Notes under the pieces: generated by a model
Told to the model about the DNA's origin: nothing
Database searches by the model: none
The model's input: the letters and a program-made list of their open reading frames with translations, nothing else
Source of the DNA: Callorhinchus milii
Taxonomy: Eukaryota
DNA: 64,000 nt
NCBI RefSeq assembly: GCF_018977255.1
Contig: NW_024704743.1
Coordinates: 101,372,001-101,436,000, forward strand
Reading direction: 5' to 3'
Made by a program: the position numbers and the translations under genes
Part shown: positions 49,285 through 63,134 of the stretch, one piece after another
Layout of the letters: every line of letters begins with the position of its first letter
Position numbering within the stretch: the first letter of the stretch is position 1

Positions 49285-50696
49285 ACATTGAATATGCATT
49301 GCGTTTCCTCTTAGACATATTTTGCTCAACCAATGTTTCTGGCAGTGAGTTCCACATTCTCACCAACTCTGTGTAAAGAAGTTCCTCTTAAACTACCATT
49401 TGAATATGTTAGTGGCTATTTTATATTCTAATAAACAATATGCACCAATTAATTTCCAATTCGGTCTACAAAGCCTGCTTTGAGTAAAGGGAACAATTCA
49501 CTCCTCACTGAGGCATTCCTTTCACTGGGTACTGAATGTTCCACGAATCAGGCCATTTTACATGACAGAATACCACACGGATAGTTTGTCTCACATAGTA
49601 ATGTGTTAATACAGGCTGGTCAAAGGAACGTCAATGTATAACCATCCTGGAGCAGGGAGCAGATGATCTATGAATATTTAAATAAATTTTCATATGTAGC
49701 TCAACAGAAGGGAACTGCTGGTGCGATTTATAGAAGTATGCAAAAGGGACACTGTCTTTATTGTATTCCTGTAGCAATAATTCTTTAGTATATTTGAAAG
49801 ATTTGACCAACAACATTTCATGACAGAAGGGTGGAGGTGATTAGGAGGGACGGAGACTCATGTGGAGTTTAAACACAAGAACAAACTAGTTGAACTAAAT
49901 TACCAGTTTTCCATGCTGTAGATTCCATGTAATTCTATATAATTTCTGTGTTTTGCTATGTTTCTTTATTCGATCACTGTCTGTCTGGCATGTGTGAAAC
50001 TCATCACCATGCTTAAAAGTATGAAAACCAAGCTGAGAGTTGCATGCACCCCACATATACATGGAAATTCCTGAGATACTTATTGGAAATAGCATTCTCT
50101 CCCTAGAGGGACACACCCTGGTTACCTAATTCCTAATTGTATATAAATCCTACAGTGTTTGCAACGTCATTGCAACTTTTACTGTTGAAATAGAAGTCCA
50201 AAATTTCTATGTTCTGAGCCTTAGGACCATCATCTTACAATTTAGAATTGTGTAGAATTTTGGAAAATTCTGAAATGCAGTTTTAATTTGGGAGNTTTTT
50301 TTAAGCACTACAGAAATCCAGCTTCAGGATTAAGACCGAATTTAAGGTTTATTTTTCAAAATTCTGCATGATCTTAAACATTAAGAAATGTAATGGTTGC
50401 CAGTGATAACTGAGATAATGCATCTCAGTCTCAATATTTCACCCATTCTTAGCCTGTAAGACCATTTTGTCATAAAATACAAATTTGTGCCTAACTGTAG
50501 AAAGATTTTGTATTTAGTCCTATTTTTGGAAGCTGTTTTTCTGCAGATATTAAAAAGGCTGAATTGAAGAATTTTCCACAATTATCTTCCACCTCAAAAT
50601 TTTACAATAAAATCGTCTTATAGGCTAATAGGAATGCAACAATTTTGTCCAAATATATAATACGTATCAGTAAAGTTTTTGCATGGGTCAGATCAT

Positions 50697-50975
50697 TTGC
50701 AAGAGACCTGGGTTCAATTTCTGGCAGGGTGAAACCTTGGGCAAGTTTCCTTACTCCACTCACCTGATAATAATCCCTCAAAAAAAAACAATATTAAATT
50801 GGTCATTTCAATTCTTGACTGTTTGTGGGACATTGCTGGGTGGAATTGGCTGCCACATTTCGCCCACAAATATACAGTCAATTCACTTTACAGTCTATTC
50901 TGTGAAGCGCTTTGAGATGTCTAGAAGATGTGAAAAGTGCTATAACAAATGCAAGGATTATTATTATATTATTAT
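50697..50975 (+). mobile_element. SINE family A, 5'-truncated within the tRNA head
   Basis: ttgcaagagacctgggttcaatttctggcagggtgaaaccttgggcaagtttcc...tail. Confidence 0.92.
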
Positions 50976-52986
50976 TATCATCATATCTCATATCTCATGA
51001 TTGCTCCCATGTCCAAGAGCCGAAACTGACACACAACTAGAAGCTGCCAAAGTATACATGTGAGGGAAAGGGAATAGAAGGGTATGGGAGGGAGTAAAGA
51101 GTGAGTGGAAATTTCTGTAGAGTATAAACACTGGCATGCACTAGTTGGGCAGAATGGCCTGTTTCCATGCTGTAACATTCTATGTAAATCCATGTAAAAT
51201 GGTTATTCCACAAGCCTCAAATAACTCAAAGTGAACATGATCAGGAGGAAAAATATGGAAAGTGATGGAGATCGTTAACCTTGGAGAAAAGAAACATATC
51301 ACTGGTGCATAAAATTGTTCAGATATTTTATCAATTGCGCATTTGGTTCCAGAAATTTGTTTGCACGCACTGATCGTGCGCAAGCATAGCCTAATAGACG
51401 ACAGCCTGTTATAACATGCTTCATTGTAGTTTATAATTCATCAACAGCAACTTGCATTTATAAAGCATCCTTCACACAGGGTAGTGTCTCGGAGCACATA
51501 GAATTCATTTGTAACTGAGAATCACCATGGATCTTTATAATCTCACATGCTCACAGCTGGTTCACTAAAATGGCCGACTTCCAATGCATTAGCTTTTGTC
51601 AATGCAACTTGTTGCTTTACCGTGCATGTGTAAAGCAGGAAGTGAAGTCAACAGTAACTTATTGAACTGGAAGTTAGCTTCCTGTGCTAAAAAATGTCTG
51701 ATTTCCAGGTCAACACGTCACCACCAACATCACTTGCCACTGCATGCATGCACAGAAAACAGGAAGTAATGTAGCAGACTCGATGACCTGGAAGTTGATT
51801 GCCGTTTTCTTTCGCAAACAAATAGATCAGGGAATCCTTGTGTAAGGGTTAATTGCATATGCAGTCAAACCTGTTACCATGCCTCACTATTCTGGGTCCC
51901 AAACACAAGGATCTACTATTTTTGTATTTTTTGTACTATTATTTCAGATTTTTCAAAAAGTCTTAACAGTTAAGTAGACAGGTATATGGAAGATATAGGC
52001 TTGAAGGAGTATGGGGATAAGGTGGGGCAGTTGGATTGAATGAAAACCATGCTCCGAGAGCTGGTGGAGACTCCATGGGCTGAATGTCATCCTTGTTTGC
52101 TGTAAGTGTTCTATGATTTTGTAATAATCACAATACCCCAGTGGCGTCAGTGTAGTATAACAGTGAAATGCATCATCCTAATGGACTAGTGTGGATATCT
52201 CAATAATACACCATCTGCTCTTCTTACAAACAAGGAGTAACCTGACACAAGACACAAACCATCATCTCGCTGTTGGAAGAAAGCATGATCACAGATAGAT
52301 TCAGCGTAGTGAGAGAGATGTTGATACTGCTGCGGTTGCAGAGAGAAAGGAGAAGCATTGAGCACTGGTGAGGAACAGCGAGTAGTGGAGGAGGATGATA
52401 AGGGGCCAACTGATACAGTGCAGAGACTCAGCAGACGAGGTGCCCCAACTGAGTTGTACTGAGGCCAGCTTTCAAATGTAGGCTAGCAGAGAATAACAAC
52501 CACATTGTCGTCTCGCCTGCAACTATTAAATAATAATTCATCAATTCGATACACCCTTTCAAGCCTTGTAATGTCTCAAAAGACTTACTGGTAATTGCTG
52601 CCAAGTATAGTGACTGCATATTTGTAGGTTTTAGAACTGGTTGCAGGAGCAGGTTTTTAAAAAAAAATGTAAAAATGCTTGAGAGGTATTCATCGATTAT
52701 CACCCTCTGTATTTATCACTTTCTGCTAATGATGCTCAACTAGAATGTGTAGTACCCTTTAGCGTGGATAAACATAGCCCAAGTCTACTGATTTAGAATG
52801 GGGATAAATACCACCAGAGTCCAGATTTACCCCATTTATGCAGCATTTTAGAACACCCAAATTGTTGAATTCAGTCTTAACTTTGAAGCTAGTTTTCTGT
52901 AGTTCTTAATCTAAATTTACAGAAAGCCGAGTTCAATTTTAAGACAGAATCTATGAATTTGCCAAATACTGGATACTACTACTATT

Positions 52987-53302
52987 AATAATAATAATAA
53001 TGATCCTTGCATTTGATATAGCACTTTTCACATCTTCTAGACGTCTCAAAGCGCTTCACAGAATAGACTATAAAGTGAATTGACTGCATATTATGTGGGC
53101 AAAACGCGGCAGCTAATTGCGCACATCAGTGTCCCACAAACAGTTGTGGATTGAAGTGACCAATTTATTATTGTTTTTTTTTGAGGAATTATTATTAGGC
53201 ATGTGGAGTAAGGAAACTTGCCCAAGGTTTCGCCCTACCAGGAATCAAACCCAGATCTCTCACTTGCAAAGCGAGTACTCTAACCGTTGAGCTATAGGAC
53301 TC
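52987..53302 (-). mobile_element. Full-length SINE family A, short variant
   Basis: Reverse complement matches 63135-63451 end to end. Confidence 0.93.
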
Positions 53303-54616
53303 AAAAATGTCAACGAATGAACCTGAACTCTGGTGAAATTTGTACCTCAGATCTGTACTGTACTGCAGGAATAACCCAACTTCAGGTTTCACTTTGAAAC
53401 AATACATTTTCAGAATCATTGCTCCAAACAACAGACAGTACCTGGCTTAATTGAGAAGGTGACCAAAAGCGCAGTCTAAAATATAGGTCTTAAGGTAGGT
53501 GGAGGGATTCTAGGATGGAATTCCGCAGAATAGGGGAGAATGGCTGAAAGCTCACCCACCGATAGTGGGCCAGATTAAGGAGATCCTCTGGTCTCTGAGA
53601 CTTTTAGTAATGTAAGAAGAAATTTCCCATGGTTGGGACAGATGTTTGCTTTCTCATTTCTGTGCGCCGGTACCAGGTTGTTGAATAGCACAAGATATTT
53701 CTCAAAGTCACCTCAATGTCAAGTTGACTCGTACTATTTGGATATAGATTTGTATGGATCTAGCATAGGCACTTGTGTGGAGTATAAACACCAGTCTGGA
53801 TAGTCCGAATTCTGAGCTGCACCTTTTATGAAGCTATAAAAATATTATCATTTTTTAAATATGTTTTAGATTTATTTTCTGAATACAGTATTATATTCTA
53901 CAAGATCAAAGGTTGAACTCCCTCTCCTTAGCTCCATTCAGATTTTTACTATGCTTTTTTGCTTTAAACACATTTTGCACAGCATTTCTCTCCTCTCTCT
54001 CCTTCTCTGAAGACATTTGACTCACAAGATCACAAGATTGGTTTGGATGAAGATGGCCCTTTGGCCCACCCAATCTCAGAACACCCACCCTACCTTCCCC
54101 CAGCCCCCCCCCCCCCCCCCCCACCCCCCCCAACACCCATCACAGCATCAAGCTGCTCTTTTAAAACCTATAAATCAAGTGTTCTGGCCTCTACCACCGT
54201 TTCTGGCAACCTGTTCCAATTTGATTATCCTCTGAGTAAAGAAAAACTTCCTGGTTTTTCTCCTGAAATTGCCCTTTACAATTCTAAACATATGGTCTTC
54301 TTGTTCTACTGTCTTGTTGCATCATAAAGTATTTTCTGGGTTTACTTTTTCAATTTCATTTAAAGTTGTCTCCTTTTTCCGTTTCCTGGGAAAGGTTCTA
54401 CAGGCCTTAATCTCACACTAGGCCTTCGCCTGAGTGGCTGTTCTTTATGTGAGAGCCTTGTGCTGAGCGAATATCAAGGAGAGATTAGACAATGTAAGTG
54501 TAGCAGTCAAACATAATCTTGGTTTTACAGTCCACATGCATGTCTCCAGCAGGGGTTCCTAGACAGCTTGGCTGAAATCAGGAATGTGAACCTGTGATTT
54601 TCTGATCTGGATAGTA

Positions 54617-54730
54617 AAATAATAATAATAATCCTTGCATTTGATATAGAGTCTTTCATGTTGGAAGGACTCCACAAAGCACTTCACAGGAAATACTGTA
54701 AAGTGTAATAGTCACTGTGTACTTTGTAGT
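54617..54730 (-). mobile_element. SINE 3' tail fragment
   Basis: aataataataataatccttgcatttgatatag. Confidence 0.8.
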
Positions 54731-56564
54731 CTAGTGCTGCACCAAGGCAGTGCCTTTACACATTAGACCATATGGTGAGAATGGTGAGTCTCACTAATCA
54801 CAGTTTTAATGATAGAAAAGATCAGTTCTGATTTTAAAAAAAAGTTCAGATTTGTCAGACCTCATTAACTTTGGGTATGTATTTATGTTTGCTTACATTT
54901 TTTCCTTAGATATTACTTGAAAAATAATGAGAGGGGAATTGTAATACTTGTATTTCTAACCTCACTCTGCTCCTTACATAATGCTGGGGATAATTAAAAA
55001 ACATTTTAATGCCTGAAGTTAAAATGTGTCTTTAAAACCCGGCTTAAACAATAGGTTTCAGTATTGAATATTTCCCCCACCTCTTCCACAGACTTTTAGA
55101 TGATGATTTTCGCCAGAGGTTAGTCCCGTTGAAACAGTGACCAATGTCAGCTTTATCTTCTCTACTACTGAAATGTGCAGTCTTATCCCTGCTATATATA
55201 ATTACTAGACGCCAGTGCACAATATGTCTGCACTTCTCGTATCTTCACACACTGGAGCAGTCTCAGTGCCTCTGTTATCATGCCAACTTCAGCAGTGCTC
55301 AAGTCCCTTTCGATCAGATATTTTCTTAGCTCTCCATGTTCTGAGCTAATGACGCTGACCTCTTTGCATTTATTTTAGGTGAGATGCACTTTAATGTTCA
55401 AAGCATGGTCAGATACTGTGACTGCTGTTGAAAATAAAGTTACAAGTGACCTAGTGCAGTCACATTCTTGTGCAATACAAGCATAAATTGTATTACACAC
55501 ATTACGAGCACTGCATACGTTGATTTCTTGCCTTGCACATGTAGGCTGCTGAGCAGTCTTCATGTGGAATGAAATGTTTTATTTCCCAGTAAACAACAAA
55601 ATAGTACATTTTTATGCATTGATTCAAAATCTGTCTGTGCCTGCAGGATTTACATCTAAATTGATCTAAAACATTAACATTGCTTAATAATGCTATTATT
55701 TGAGATCAAAAGTGTATTGATATTATTGTTATTAGCACGTTACAATTCCGAATTGCCATGTCTAAATTAAATCAATTAAGAAGTGGACTGAGGCTATATT
55801 GATGCCCCAATTACTGTTCCATGTGCTCTGTGACTAGCAGAATGAGTCTTGCTCTCATGATGATAATGCTTGTACAGAGGAACTCCCAGTGTTGTCAGTA
55901 TCTGTCGATTCGCCCAGTTTCCAGAAGTATGTTCGTGGAAATCTTTAAACAATGACATTTTTGTTTAAAAAAAACATGCACAATTAGATTTGCTCTGGTG
56001 AATATTGCAAGATCTTAAAGCAGTGGTTTAGCACATGCTAAAATTATCAGTGTCCTTCCTGTTAAACAAACTATTGTAAAATTTAGCCAAATCATACTTA
56101 TAATTTACAGTAATGTTAGCAGAGCAGGAACCAACCTTTTTATTTTTATACTCAGTGCAGTAGCATTCCTTCAATACATTAGCCACAGGGTGAACTTGAG
56201 GAAAACCAGCTTTCGAGCTGCCTATCAGACCCTGACATCACTGGCGCTGTGTAAATGGTCAAACTCTAAAAGTATTCTCTGAAATTAGCCGGCAAAAGAA
56301 TTTGCTCGTCTGGCTAAGTGGAAAATTTATTGTTAGTAATTTGTGGAGCAATTACTTGGAGACTTTTCTGTATCTGACTTGTCCTTTTGGCAGATTTACA
56401 TATGAATAAGTACAACATGCTTTTATCAAAACAAGAGAAAGTTATGAGGGGGCCATTCAATTCACAATTCAGTGACAGGGAGTTACACACTGAATTGAGT
56501 AAAACATATTGAAATGGATTCAGCAGATAGATTATTTAGTTCTTATTATTTTACCTACTCATAC

Positions 56565-56872
56565 AGTCTAGGCTGATACTCCAATGCAATGCTTCGAGTG
56601 TGCCTCAATGTTGAGGGTGCAATCCTTTGGATGAGACATTAAACAAGGCCCTGTCTGCCTATTTAGGTGGATATTAAAGATCCTGTGGCACTACTCAAAA
56701 AGAGTAAGGAGGTCAGCAAACCCCCAAATAAAATTGGTCAGTCACTCCATGGCTGTTTGTGGGACATTGCTGCATTTGCCTACAAAATACACAGTCACTA
56801 AACTTTACAGTAAATCCTGTGAAGCACTTTGAGACATCTCCACGATGAATTGGACAGTATATCAAATGTAAG
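56565..56872 (+). mobile_element. SINE family B
   Basis: agtctaggctgatactcca...tttggatgagacattaaac...aaagatcctgtggcacta...tail. Confidence 0.8.
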
Positions 56873-57559
56873 TCTCTTTTTTAACTTTAACATAAGTTTT
56901 ATAAACGTTGATATGCGCTCAAAATCATTATTATGTCCTTCAAAGCCGCTTCCAAATTAAATTTGAATTGAAGAATTTTCTTAAGTTCTGCCCCATCTTC
57001 AATTTAAGCCAATGCTCTTAAGGCTGGGCAATGAGCAATTTCAGGGTTGAGAAATGGATGTCTCTTTCTCCAGTATAGCTGTGAACATAACCTGCATGGT
57101 TGCATTATGTGTTCCCAGTTCACCACAGGCACGAACAAATAAAGGAACACAATATGGGGAATATTGCATCCAGAATGTGTGCTTCAGAGCAAAATCGTCT
57201 GAAATCGGAAATGCTTTAAATGAAAGGAAATATGATTCCCGCTGGGAGTTTATGATGTTTATGCCATGAGTGAATTCGACCTTAAGTTCACCCCTCCGTC
57301 ACTGACATCACTCTCATTTAAGTGATGAAACTGATGTCATGGGAAACCAAGTAGTGCAATGGGTTCTCGAGTGCCATCATTTAACGCACAATCCCCAGCA
57401 GCAGGAGGAACGCCAAGAAAAGGACGCCAGGTTTCCTGAATAAATCACCACTGAACACTCGGACCAACGTGAGTAAAGACATAACCAAGGAAGAGCCAAG
57501 TAACTAAATGGAGGACTCTGTTCAAATAAAGTAGTGGCTCCATACTTTGCACCAGAGTT

Positions 57560-57745
57560 TGACCCCTAACTTCTGGAAATCCCTCCCGCTTCCACTCATT
57601 CTTGCTCCTCCCCCAGTGCTCCCCACACACTTTGTGTCTTTGAGTCCTGCCCTTTCTCCCTTGCTCAGCTTCTAACCTCATCATTGTACAGGGCTCTGAC
57701 ACACTATCCTGGATGATGGGCACTATATAAATGCAAGTTGTTGGT
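57560..57745 (+). mobile_element. Degraded L2 3' end
   Basis: ctggaaatccctccc...gcactatataaatgcaagttgttg. Confidence 0.55.
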
Positions 57746-59224
57746 TTTGCCTCAAAATCCTACCTCTTTAAAAGTGCTGCTGGTCACCTCACTCTCCCCA
57801 CTCTCTCTACTCCTTGGTCCAGGATGCAATCCATGCTCTGAGACATTACCCTACATAAAGAGCACTGTTAGTGCAAGGTGTTGTTTTTGGTTGCCTTTAA
57901 TTTATAACTACATTTCCAAATCAATCATGAAACCCACAAACAAGGGACATGGGCAGCATTTGCTTTTCTGGGTTATGTCTTTCATAATCTGACAGAGCAC
58001 TGAAAGAGCAGCGGCAGAAGCCATTATTCTACCAATACATGATGCTACTGTGTTAATTTTTGGAAGAAATAACCTGACCCAGCTATTTTATTGCTATGTT
58101 AAAAAAAATTAATAAACAGCGTGGATTTTCGGAAATGTGAACATAAGTTTTATAAATTTTGGTACGCGAGTAGAATTTGTATTTTGTCTTCTATATTTGC
58201 GCCATAGATTCTGCTTTTCCAACCATGATACAAATGCAACAAAAAAACGAGACTCATGTGAAGAGATTTACAACCTCTTTTATGAAAAATAAATGCATTA
58301 TTACAGTTATTAGGCACAAATTCATGATGAAATTGTGCTTCCAGTCATTTACAGGGCAAGCGTTACCAATAAGTGCTTTTTAACAAGAATACCCTAAGTC
58401 TATGGCTGTCAGCCCACTGACTGTAAGTGGGTGGAATGAGCAAGAAGGTTATACAGAGCCAGGCTCCTAGGGGTCAAGTGCAGGTTGCTGAGTCTGGGCT
58501 AGGTCACTCCTCCTCTGTACAGTGTACGGAACATTGGGGCTACTCCATCTATGTGGTATGTCTGTATAAACATCATTAGCCTACATGGGCTGACACACTG
58601 TAAATTTCATTTGAGGTTACAAATTACTGTTCTCAGTAACAAAAATAACATTTTTTTAAACATAACACACACTGCCAGAGGATGGATCTCTGATCTCTCG
58701 TGCTTTGATGTCCGATCCTAACGCAGGGTTACACCAACCATTGTTTGGATTCCTGCTATGTGTAACCAATTAATTTTGGCAAAAATATTTAATTATTAAG
58801 AGAATTCAAGACGAGGGAAAACAAATGGCCCTCTCAGAAAGGCTGAGCGTTACAGCAGTCTCATTTTTTAAACTGTACTTTCATATGTTTTTAGTAAAAA
58901 GTTCAAGATTCGAACATCTTCATTATCAGTCTTGGCAATAAATAGAAAGGAGAATGACAGAACTACTTTAGTTTTTAAATACATTTGGCTAGTTTCTGTC
59001 TATTCCTATAAGTAATTGTCATGCTGTTACATCACATGCATGAACAATCAAACAAAAGTACAAGACCATGCACTTTCAAAGTCATACAACACTAACTCTG
59101 TAACCCCCCCCCCTTCCAGACCAACGCTTCACTTGTCCAGACCAAAAAAAATGGCTCTCAAATTTCAGAACTGCAAGACATTTACATCCAACGGGGTTGA
59201 AATTATGGACAAAATCTTAAAATA

Positions 59225-59490
59225 ATAAAATAAACCTTGCATGAAACACTGGGAAGCGATCTCATAGCATGCTCACAGGATTTATTGTAAAGTGCAGTGA
59301 CTGTGTGTTTCAAAGGCAAATGCAGCAGCCAATTTGGACATGCAACGTCCCGCAAAAAGCCATGAAGTGAATGATCAATTTTATCTGGGAGATTGTTGGC
59401 CAGGATCCTGGGAAAAACTCCCCTTTTGTTTCAAATATGCAAAGGGATCTTTAAAGTTCACCTGAACTGGCAGACAGCACCTCGCTTTAA
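59225..59490 (-). mobile_element. SINE family B fragment
   Basis: Reverse Deu and tail motifs. Confidence 0.7.
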
Positions 59491-60329
59491 TATCTTTCCT
59501 CATTGTGTATTATCAACTAAACCCAGGATTGTGATGTGTCAGATTTTTGTTCTCAATTTGCGAACCCACCTTCAAATTTGTCATTTGTTGGTCATAAGGT
59601 CAGGGCTATCAGAGGTTGAATCAGATAAAGTATAGTTGCCAATTGTATAGTGTTCCCATACTGGCATTACATTGAAAGATTGACTCTGTGATTCTATTTT
59701 CAAAGCTTTTTCTTTGAACAATAGAGTGTCTTAACAGAGCAATTAATTTAAGCATTGGTTCTAAATTTCCTGTTTTATTATTCAATTAACTAATTAGTGG
59801 TTCACTCCAAAGGGAGGAAACAACTAAAGCCATAGTTCTCATTTTCATCACATTGACTTTATGTGCTAGGAATAGACTGCGTCAAGTTGTGGCGATGAGA
59901 AGTTAAACACTGTTTGATCAGGAGGAAATTATGTCTGTCATTTTTTCCTGTTTGACAAGCGGCAATGTGGGAAATAAATCAGGCAAAAAATCCTAAAGTG
60001 CCTGTCTCCACACTTGTCTGCTAGTGTCTACGTGCATTTCAAAATGTTTTAGTGGGCTGTAGACGTGAACAAAAAAATGTTTTTTTTATAATTAACATAA
60101 CACACTAATAGCAGGACAGTCCACTTTAACAGACCATTCAACATAAGTCCTAAAATGGACCACTCTGGGTATTTGTTTGAATTTTTTACTTTCATCTTAA
60201 CACTTGCCCTCCTGAACAAAAAGTAGAACAGTGTACATAATCTGACGGCAAATGGCACCTGAAACAAAGAAGGATTCGGGTGACATACTTACTGAAATTC
60301 ATGCAGGGCTGAGCTAGAGTTAATTGGAG

Positions 60330-60418
60330 TTGACGTACAGATCAGCTATGATCTAAACAGAATGGTGGAACATGTTTAAGGGGCCGAATGGCCTACTTCT
60401 ATTCTTATGTTCCTATGA
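60330..60418 (+). mobile_element. CR1 3' terminus
   Basis: aggggccgaatggcctacttctattcttatgttcctatg. Confidence 0.8.
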
Positions 60419-60421
60419 CTG

Positions 60422-61495
60422 CAAAACAAAAACAAAATTACATTTGTAAGGTGTCTTTCACGTCGAGAGGACGTCCCAAAGTGCTGAACAGTCAGGGATC
60501 AGTCAGGGATCAGTACCTGAGCGTTGGGGGCAGGTTTAGGATGAGGAAGGAAGGGGTAGGAGGGCAGCTGAAGGCACGGTCAAAAAGGAGGGTCTTGAGT
60601 CGTGCCTTGAAGGAGGCAGAGAGGGAACAAGGTGGAGGAATTGAAGATGGAGTTTCAAAGAGTGGGTGCAGCGAGGCTGAAAACCCGGCTGCCGATGGGT
60701 AGGGCGGGTCGGGCGGGAAACCTGGAGTAAGTCAGAGCCTGCAGAGTGGAGGGAGTGGACAGGATTTTGAATTCTATCCTATGAGGGATGAGAAGCCAGT
60801 GGAGCTGGACGACAGTGGGGGTGATTGGTTCACAGAGCATGGTGCAGGAGAGGACACGAGCTGGCTTGGTGAAGTGTAGTGTGCAACTGCGGATCCTGAT
60901 GCTGCCAGTGCACTGAGGCGCTGGTGCGAGCCAATCAGGAGGGCCTCGGTCTTGCTGATCTTCAGCTTTAGAAAGTTAGCTCTCATCCAGAACTTGATGT
61001 CAGACAGGCAGTCTGTCAGTATGTCAGTTGTCCTGGAATCGAGGGTGGAAGCAGAGAGATAGAGTTGGGTGTTATCTGCTTACATGTGGAAGTTAACCCA
61101 TGTCTGCGGATGATGCCATCAAGCGGGAGCATGTAGAGGTTGAAGAGGAGGGGCCCGAGTACAGAGTCCTGAGGAACACCACACAAGACTGTGCGGGGGC
61201 TGGAAGAGAAACTGTTGGCGGAAACAAATTGGAGGCACTGTGAGAGATAAGACCTGAACCATTCAAGGACAGAACCTTGAAGGCTGAGGTGAGAGGAGAG
61301 GCAGTGGAGGAGGATGGAGTGGGCCATGGTATTGAAGGCAGCAGAGAGGTCAAGGAGGACGAGGAGGCAGAGGGAGCCCTGGTCACAGATGGACAAAATA
61401 TTGTTTGTCATCTTGACCAGAACAGTTTCCGTACTGTGAGCAGCACGGAAACCCAATTGAAGGGGCTTGTGAAGGGAATGGTAGGGGAGGAAGCA
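60422..61495 (-). mobile_element. L2 LINE fragment with reverse-transcriptase domain, internally deleted, with 3' tail
   Basis: QLGFRAAHSTETVL...LLVLLDLSAAFNT...GVPQDSVLGPLLFNLYMLPL; LKLKISKTEALLIG; LHWLLIPHRIEFKI; tail at 60422-60490. Confidence 0.95.
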
Positions 61496-61634
61496 TATTC
61501 CTCTCATGCTTCCCCCAAAAAACATGTTCATGACCAAAGCACAATTCTGATTCATCCAATTTAACTACTTTTTTTTCTTATTCAAATCACTGAATGTCAC
61601 CAGCTCACTTAAGCACAATTTTCTTAGAACTTAT

Positions 61635-62624
61635 AACGTCTTAGAAATTATTTCACATAATTGCTTTGCTGTGTGTCATAAAAAGTTTACCTTTTCCTTA
61701 ATTTGTTCCTCAAATAAAATGTCTCAATTCTGAATTATGGTTCAATGTCTGGGGTTTAATCGGCCGATGTTTCATTATTACAGTTTGGTTATTTAAGAAA
61801 AAAAATCAGTGTGATCCAAGCATAGCACAACTGCTCAAAATAGGTATGCATTTATCTGGATTCAGCTGTAGCTTTTATATATTTCGTGTGGGTCTGTTAA
61901 AAGCCTATTAATCCTGGTACAATATGCTCATTGCACAAAAGTAGAGACAGCGACAAAAATTATGACTGATGTGCTTTCAGAGATGCGCTTTTGCATTATC
62001 CTTATACATTTCAAGCCAATGCACCAGCAAAATGAATTGTGATTTGTTGCAAAAAAAATCATATTTGTAACTTTTGCCTGAAAAAATCTACAAAATCTAC
62101 AAAATCTACAATCCTTCTACTGAAGGAAAGTCTTCCAATGGGTCGTGCCAGGAATTCCCAAGGTTTTACTTTCCTATTAACATGAGACTGCAACAGTTGG
62201 GCAAATTAAAATCTAGGTTGTCTTAAATTTCCATGTTCCTGTTTCAAGTTACATTATGATTAGATAATGTTCAGAGGAAATACTGTGGCTAACTAAGTGT
62301 GAGGAAAATTTACTATGAATCTAATATACTGAATTCTTAAGTTGTTTGCAATGTTGTTTTGCAATGTTTTAATGAAATATATAAAAGCTGCAGCTGAATC
62401 CAGATAAATGCATACTTATTTTGAGCAGTTGTGCTATGCTTGGATCACACTGATTTTTTTTCTTAAATAACCAAACTGTAATAATGAAACATCGGCCGAT
62501 TAAACCCCAGACATTGAACCAGAATTCAGAATTGAGACATTTTATTTGAGGAACAAATTAAGGAAAAGGTAAACTTTTTATGACACACAGCAAAGCAATT
62601 ATGTGAAATAATTTCTAAGACGTT
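61635..62624. repeat. Long inverted repeat: 251-bp arms (61635-61885, 62374-62624) with a 488-bp spacer
   Basis: Arms are reverse complements with 3 mismatches by manual comparison. Confidence 0.97.
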
Positions 62625-63134
62625 TTCTTTCTTCTTTGGTACAGATTTGCATTTTGTTCATCCAGCCCATAATGAGCAGATAACATATGACATTTGTATT
62701 GCTGATGTACACAAATTAAAGTTGTTAGCTGGAAGGAAACGTTCACTCGGGCAAAAAGGCCGTTACTGAGCACAAATATAGGAAATGTCCTGTTCCCTGT
62801 CATTATCATTGCTCACATTAATAAGCACGAAAAATAAAGTATTTCCAAGGCTATGTCTCTACTTTCCAGTACAAAATATTTTATCCAATTTATTTAGGCT
62901 AACACAACACTCTGGAATTTCGGTGCAAGTCTTTACGAAGTGCAATCACACTCAATGAAGGCAATTGAAAGATCCTAAAACAGTTTACTGTGGTTCTATT
63001 AACTTACTTAACTTAATGTGTCTGCAATAAAAAATAATTATTTGTATGTTACTTTGTCTTGTTTTTGCATGTATCTAAAGACTTATGGTAATTACTGATT
63101 GTTGTAAATGCAGCATGGAACTACAAACTATTTA

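Noticed and set aside
50295..50295. Single ambiguous base (n)
   Set aside because: Assembly artefact with no biological meaning.
61016..61555. 179-aa reverse-transcriptase-like ORF as a host or domesticated gene
   Set aside because: Truncated, frameshifted L2 with a damaged catalytic motif and a normal L2 tail.
61635..62624. Tc1/mariner element with long TIRs
   Set aside because: No TA duplication on both sides, no CAG-type termini and no transposase remnant seen.
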